This document shows positions 59,930 to 64,000 of a DNA stretch of 64,000 nt, in pieces. Both the position numbers and the translations under genes were made by a program. The DNA is from Synechococcales cyanobacterium VAR_4_metabat_354 (GTDB taxonomy: Bacteria; Cyanobacteriota; Cyanobacteriia; Cyanobacteriales; Chamaesiphonaceae). The notes beneath the pieces are model-generated. The model was given only the letters and a program-made list of their open reading frames with translations. It was not told the DNA's origin and did not search any database. The stretch is taken from positions 103,656-167,655 of the forward strand of contig JANOQI010000024.1 in NCBI GenBank assembly GCA_031414775.1. The letters are read 5' to 3'. Each line of letters starts with the position of its first letter. Position 1 is the stretch's first letter.

Positions 59930-62176
59930 ATGTCCCATCCTCTCTACATTGCATTTATCTGGCATCAGCATCAGCCGCTCTACAAATGCCGCGATGGTAA
60001 ATATCGGATGCCTTGGGTCAGACTGCATGGTACCAAAGATTATCTGGACTTAATTTTACTCCTCGAAAAATATCCGAAACTGCATCAAACTGTCAATTTA
60101 GTTCCTTCACTGATTGAGCAGTTAGAAGATTATGTGGCGGGCACCGCCTTCGATCCCTATCTAGAATTGGCTTTGATGCCATTCGAGCAACTCAAAACCC
60201 AGCAGCTCCAGTTTATTATTCGCCACTTTTTTGATGGCAATCACCACACCCTCATCGATCCCCATCCCCGTTACCGCGAACTATATGCTCAGCGTCAAGA
60301 GCAGGGCGAGGGTTGGTGCCTAAATAACTGGCAAGAACGCGACTACAGTGATTTACTCGCTTGGCATAACCTTTCTTGGTTTGATCCCCTATTTTGGGAA
60401 GACCCCGATATTGCTGGCTGGCTAACCAAAGATCATGATTTTACCTTGAGCGATCGACAGCGTATTTATTCTAAACAGCGGGAGATCATTGCAAGGATTA
60501 TTCCTAAACACCGCGAGATGCAAGAAACTGGCCAACTAGAGATCACCACGACCCCTTATTCACATCCGATCCTACCATTGCTCGCTGATACCAACGTGGG
60601 TCGGGTGGCCGTTCCCAAGATGGACTTGCCCCACCAAAGATTCTCTTGGGCAGAAGATATACCTCGTCATCTGGGTAAAGCTTGGGATATGTATAAAGAC
60701 CGGTTTGGTCGCGCTCCCCAAGGTTTATGGCCATCCGAGCAAGCCGTGAGTCCGGCCATCTTGCCTTACGTGGCCGAGCAGGGCTTCAAATGGCTCTGTT
60801 CCGATGAAGCGATTTTAGGTCATTCCATTAACCATTTCTTCCATCGCGATCATTACGGCAATGTCCAAGAACCAGAGCTATTGTATCGTCCCTATAAACT
60901 GGCGACTGAGCATGGTGATTTGGCGATGGTTTTTCGCGATCACCGCCTCTCTGATTTGATTGGCTTTACCTACAGTGGCATGGAACCTCAACAGGCCACC
61001 GCCAACTTAATTGGTCATTTATCATCAATTCGCACTGCTCTTGCTGCTAAGCAAGAAAAAAGCTTGGTAGCAGATGCTGATACTGAATCTTTGGATAAGC
61101 CTTGGCTTGTCACGATCGCTCTCGATGGTGAAAACTGTTGGGAACACTATCATCTGGATGGCAAGCCCTTCCTAGAGCATCTGTATCAGCAATTTAGTGA
61201 TGATGAGCGTTTTAAACTGGTCACAGTGAACGAATTTGTTACCCAATTCCCCCCCACCGCCGAAATTCCTAGCCAGCAGCTCCACACTGGCTCTTGGGTT
61301 GATGGCAGTTTAACCACTTGGATTGGCGATCCCGCTAAAAATCGGGCTTGGGACTTGTTAACAGCGGCGCGCCAAACTTTGGCCAATCACCCCGAAGCTA
61401 CCCCCGAAAATAACCCTGAAGCCTGGTCGGCGCTCTATGCCGCAGAAGGCTCGGACTGGTTCTGGTGGTTTGGCGAAGGTCATTCGTCGAACAACGATGC
61501 CATGTTTGATCAACTATTTCGGGAGCATTTGGTAGCTTTGTATCAGTCTCTGAATGAGCAGGTACCCTCCGAACTCAATCAATACATTGAAGATCACCAT
61601 CGTCGTACCGAATACCGTCCCGAAGGCTTTATTCATCCAGTAATTGACGGACGGGGTGATGAGCAAGACTGGAATATGGCTGGCAAAATGGAGCTGGGCG
61701 GGGCGCGGGGTACGATGCACCAAAGCAGCACCACCCAACGCATTTTCTATGGAGTAGATCACCAGAACTTCTATGTACGGCTGGATTTCAAACAGGGTAC
61801 TAAGCCCGGTATCGATATTCCGGCTGAGTTGAATTTAGTCTGGTTCTACAACAATCAAACGATGCATAATAGCCTGCTGCCTTTAGCGGAAATGCCCCGT
61901 GAAGAACCGCTGAATTATCGTTTTCACCACCGCCTTCAGATTAACTTGCAGTACATGACTTGCTGGTTGCAAGAAGCGATCGATTACGACCAATGGGAAA
62001 ATCGGTCTTCGGGCGCACGAGTTGCTTGGGATAAATGTCTGGAGATCGCGGTGCCCTGGGATGATTTGGATATCGAACCAGATTATGCGCTGCAAATGAT
62101 GCTGTTTTTTGCAGATCACGGTCGTTATCGCAGTTATTTACCCGAAAATGACATGATTTCTTTGCAGATGCCATAA
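59930..62176 (+). CDS. Glycoside hydrolase family 57 (amylopullulanase-like)
   Basis: HQHQPLY, HPILPLL, GLWPSE, LDGENCWE and AEGSDWFWW motifs. Confidence 0.9.
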   Translation: MSHPLYIAFIWHQHQPLYKCRDGKYRMPWVRLHGTKDYLDLILLLEKYPKLHQTVNLVPSLIEQLEDYVAGTAFDPYLELALMPFEQLKTQQLQFIIRHFFDGNHHTLIDPHPRYRELYAQRQEQGEGWCLNNWQERDYSDLLAWHNLSWFDPLFWEDPDIAGWLTKDHDFTLSDRQRIYSKQREIIARIIPKHREMQETGQLEITTTPYSHPILPLLADTNVGRVAVPKMDLPHQRFSWAEDIPRHLGKAWDMYKDRFGRAPQGLWPSEQAVSPAILPYVAEQGFKWLCSDEAILGHSINHFFHRDHYGNVQEPELLYRPYKLATEHGDLAMVFRDHRLSDLIGFTYSGMEPQQATANLIGHLSSIRTALAAKQEKSLVADADTESLDKPWLVTIALDGENCWEHYHLDGKPFLEHLYQQFSDDERFKLVTVNEFVTQFPPTAEIPSQQLHTGSWVDGSLTTWIGDPAKNRAWDLLTAARQTLANHPEATPENNPEAWSALYAAEGSDWFWWFGEGHSSNNDAMFDQLFREHLVALYQSLNEQVPSELNQYIEDHHRRTEYRPEGFIHPVIDGRGDEQDWNMAGKMELGGARGTMHQSSTTQRIFYGVDHQNFYVRLDFKQGTKPGIDIPAELNLVWFYNNQTMHNSLLPLAEMPREEPLNYRFHHRLQINLQYMTCWLQEAIDYDQWENRSSGARVAWDKCLEIAVPWDDLDIEPDYALQMMLFFADHGRYRSYLPENDMISLQMP

Positions 62177-62241
62177 ATTTGCTGGGCGGCCAAGGCTGAT
62201 TCATTTAAAATAAAGTAATGTTCCTTATCAAAACTTTATAA

Positions 62242-63135
62242 ATGCCAGCCCTGATTGAAGTTCTCACCAAGATCGATCGCATTGACCGGCAAATCTGGAG
62301 CTGGCGTGCTTATCAGATTGTGTATACCGTGAAAGGATTGGGTCAACCGCTACTCTTGATTCATGGCTTTGGGGCTTCGATCGGCCATTGGCGTAAAAAT
62401 ATCAACGAATTGTCCGCAGCGGGTTATCGAGTCTATGCGATCGATCTATTGGGTTTTGGCGCTTCTACCAAGGCACCGATCGAATACAGCATGGAACTAT
62501 GGGCGGAGCTAGTGGCCGATTTTTGGCAAGAACATATTCAAGAACCAGTGGTGCTAATTGGTAATTCGATCGGTGGAGTAGTGACACTGACCGCAATGGC
62601 CAACCAGCCAGCGATGTGTGCGGGAGCCATCCTAATCAATTGTGCGGGAGGATTAACTCATCGCCCTACCGATCTCAACTGGTTTTGGCGACAAACTATG
62701 ACTATGTTTATGAATGTGGTTAAGTCACCAGCCTTTGGTCCTCTAATTTTCAACCGCATTCGCAGCAAAAGAAATATTCGCAAGAGTTTGGGACAGGTTT
62801 ATTTCCGCAAAGAAGCCATTACTGATGATTTGGTAGAGCTGCTGTATCAACCATCCTGTGATGAAGGTGCTCAAAAGGTCTTTGCGGCGGTCATTGGAGC
62901 AGCTCCGGGCACCGAGACTCGGGAACTGCTAAAGTCGATCAGTTGTCCAATTTTAGTGATTTGGGGCGAGGCCGATCCCTGGACACCTGTATCTGGATCA
63001 GCGGCTTTCCGCCAGCTTCAGCAAGAAGGTCGAGATGTGGAAATTATCACGATCCCCGATGGTGGTCATTGCCCGCATGATGAATTTCCAGAAGTGGTGA
63101 ATCCGGCGATTCTGAAATGGCTCAAGAAGTTTTAA
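62242..63135 (+). CDS. Alpha/beta fold hydrolase
   Basis: HGFGAS, GNSIGG and GHCPHDE motifs. Confidence 0.88.
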   Translation: MPALIEVLTKIDRIDRQIWSWRAYQIVYTVKGLGQPLLLIHGFGASIGHWRKNINELSAAGYRVYAIDLLGFGASTKAPIEYSMELWAELVADFWQEHIQEPVVLIGNSIGGVVTLTAMANQPAMCAGAILINCAGGLTHRPTDLNWFWRQTMTMFMNVVKSPAFGPLIFNRIRSKRNIRKSLGQVYFRKEAITDDLVELLYQPSCDEGAQKVFAAVIGAAPGTETRELLKSISCPILVIWGEADPWTPVSGSAAFRQLQQEGRDVEIITIPDGGHCPHDEFPEVVNPAILKWLKKF

Positions 63136-63147
63136 ATTAGAGTATTA

Positions 63148-63174
63148 AGCCCGACTTCTCTAAGAATTCGGGCT
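63148..63174 (+). terminator. Hairpin downstream of the hydrolase gene
   Basis: agcccgacttct-cta-agaattcgggct imperfect inverted repeat. Confidence 0.45.
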
Positions 63175-63282
63175 GCTGACGCTGAGAGTAAGAGTATACT
63201 GAAATAATAAATTAACTGTTCAACCTATTCTTACTACTCGCACACAGCTTGAATATGGTCAGGATCGATCGGCAGCTCACGC

Positions 63283-63354
63283 ATGAATAAAAAGCAACTC
63301 TCCGAGCGGGATATTTGCACCAAATATATCACCCCAGCTTTAGAGCGATTTTAG
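63283..63354 (+). pseudogene. hsdR: 5' fragment of a type I restriction subunit R (EcoAI/EcoEI-like), interrupted by an IS
   Basis: MNKKQLSERDICTKYITPAL, then run-in to IS sequence and a stop. Confidence 0.65.
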
Positions 63355-63860
63355 ATCGAGATAATGAAGCAGTAGCTCGATCAATATAGAACCCATTTAG
63401 GATCTTTTTAGGCTTTAGCGAGACGTTTGAGCATCAGTCGGATGAAGCAGAAATCGAGTTTTGCTTTGGCATTTTCTAAAGTTCGCTCAAAGTTTTTCAC
63501 CAAACTTTTACAGCGTTCAACCCAAGCATCGGAGCGTTCAACCACCCATCGATTAGCCACCGGAACGAATCCAGATCTGCCTTCAGCCTCCTTTTCAGCT
63601 CTTGATGGCTTAGGACATAGTTCAAGCCGAATTTTATTTAAGATTTGAGGATAAACTTTTTGCAACCCTTTGGTTATTTTTTCAAGATGGTAGCCGTTGT
63701 CTAACAAAATAGTTATCTTGGGGATGTTCACTGGTTTAGCTCTAAAATATTCGATATTGTCGCTGAGCATCTCAATTAGCCCTTGGTCATCTGAAATATT
63801 GGCCGGGGTACAGTGAGTAAAAAAGGGAAATCCTAAAATATCAACAGCCAGATGCCTTTT
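63343..63860 (-). mobile_element. IS5-family element, 3' part (transposase interrupted)
   Basis: Frame open 63408-63860: KRHLAVDILG...LLDNGY...RWVVERS..W...K.L.KNFE; boundaries approximate. Confidence 0.8.
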
Positions 63861-64000
63861 ATCCCTCTTGTGTCACTCTCCGGAAGTTAAAATAGAAGAA
63901 TAAAGTTAAAAATCTCTGAAAAGGAGTTAGGGTAATGGATGTAGAAGCTCAAATCCTCAAACATTTACCTAAAGATGCACGGTCGAGTGTTTCATTTATT
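63861..64000 (+). mobile_element. Left end of an IS701-like element; transposase starts at 63935 and runs off the window
   Basis: End tccctcttgtgtcact, AGGAG upstream, MDVEAQILKHLPKDARSSVSFI; family call from memory. Confidence 0.6.

Noticed and set aside
54..63648. The many short antisense or alternate-frame ORFs in the track (e.g. 12674..13147, 38014..38568, 43819..44163)
   Set aside because: They lie within well-supported genes and have no recognisable motifs; treated as shadow ORFs
1..64000. CRISPR array, rRNA, prophage or integrase
   Set aside because: No regularly spaced repeats, rRNA-like tracts, or phage/recombinase motifs were seen

Overview
Chromosomal window from a beta-cyanobacterium, judged by very dense CGATCG (HIP1-core) sites and by sqdX, cupA, petP and chlG. 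Most of it is housekeeping: moaA, pyrE, efp-accB, proS, pheA, proA, folB-tmk, tRNA-Arg(CCG), bioF, rplU-rpmA and petP-get3-chlG. Five parts stand out. (1) A CO2-uptake operon ndhF3-[Tat-signal beta-carbonic anhydrase]-ndhD3-cupA-cupS with several NdhR/CcmR-type ATAG-N8-CTAT boxes. (2) An accessory patch at 19.5-22.5 kb where a two-gene cassette lies between two 141-bp copies of a gene 3' end that differ only at synonymous sites, with the junction at a CGATCG. (3) A probable mcdA-mcdB carboxysome-positioning pair. (4) A patA-cheY-cheW-MCP-MCP-cheA chemosensory operon ending in an orphan periplasmic binding lipoprotein. (5) At the right edge, a type I hsdR start broken by an IS5-family element that is itself interrupted by an IS701-like element. 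No CRISPR array, rRNA or prophage was seen. All product calls come from motif recognition by eye, not from database searches.
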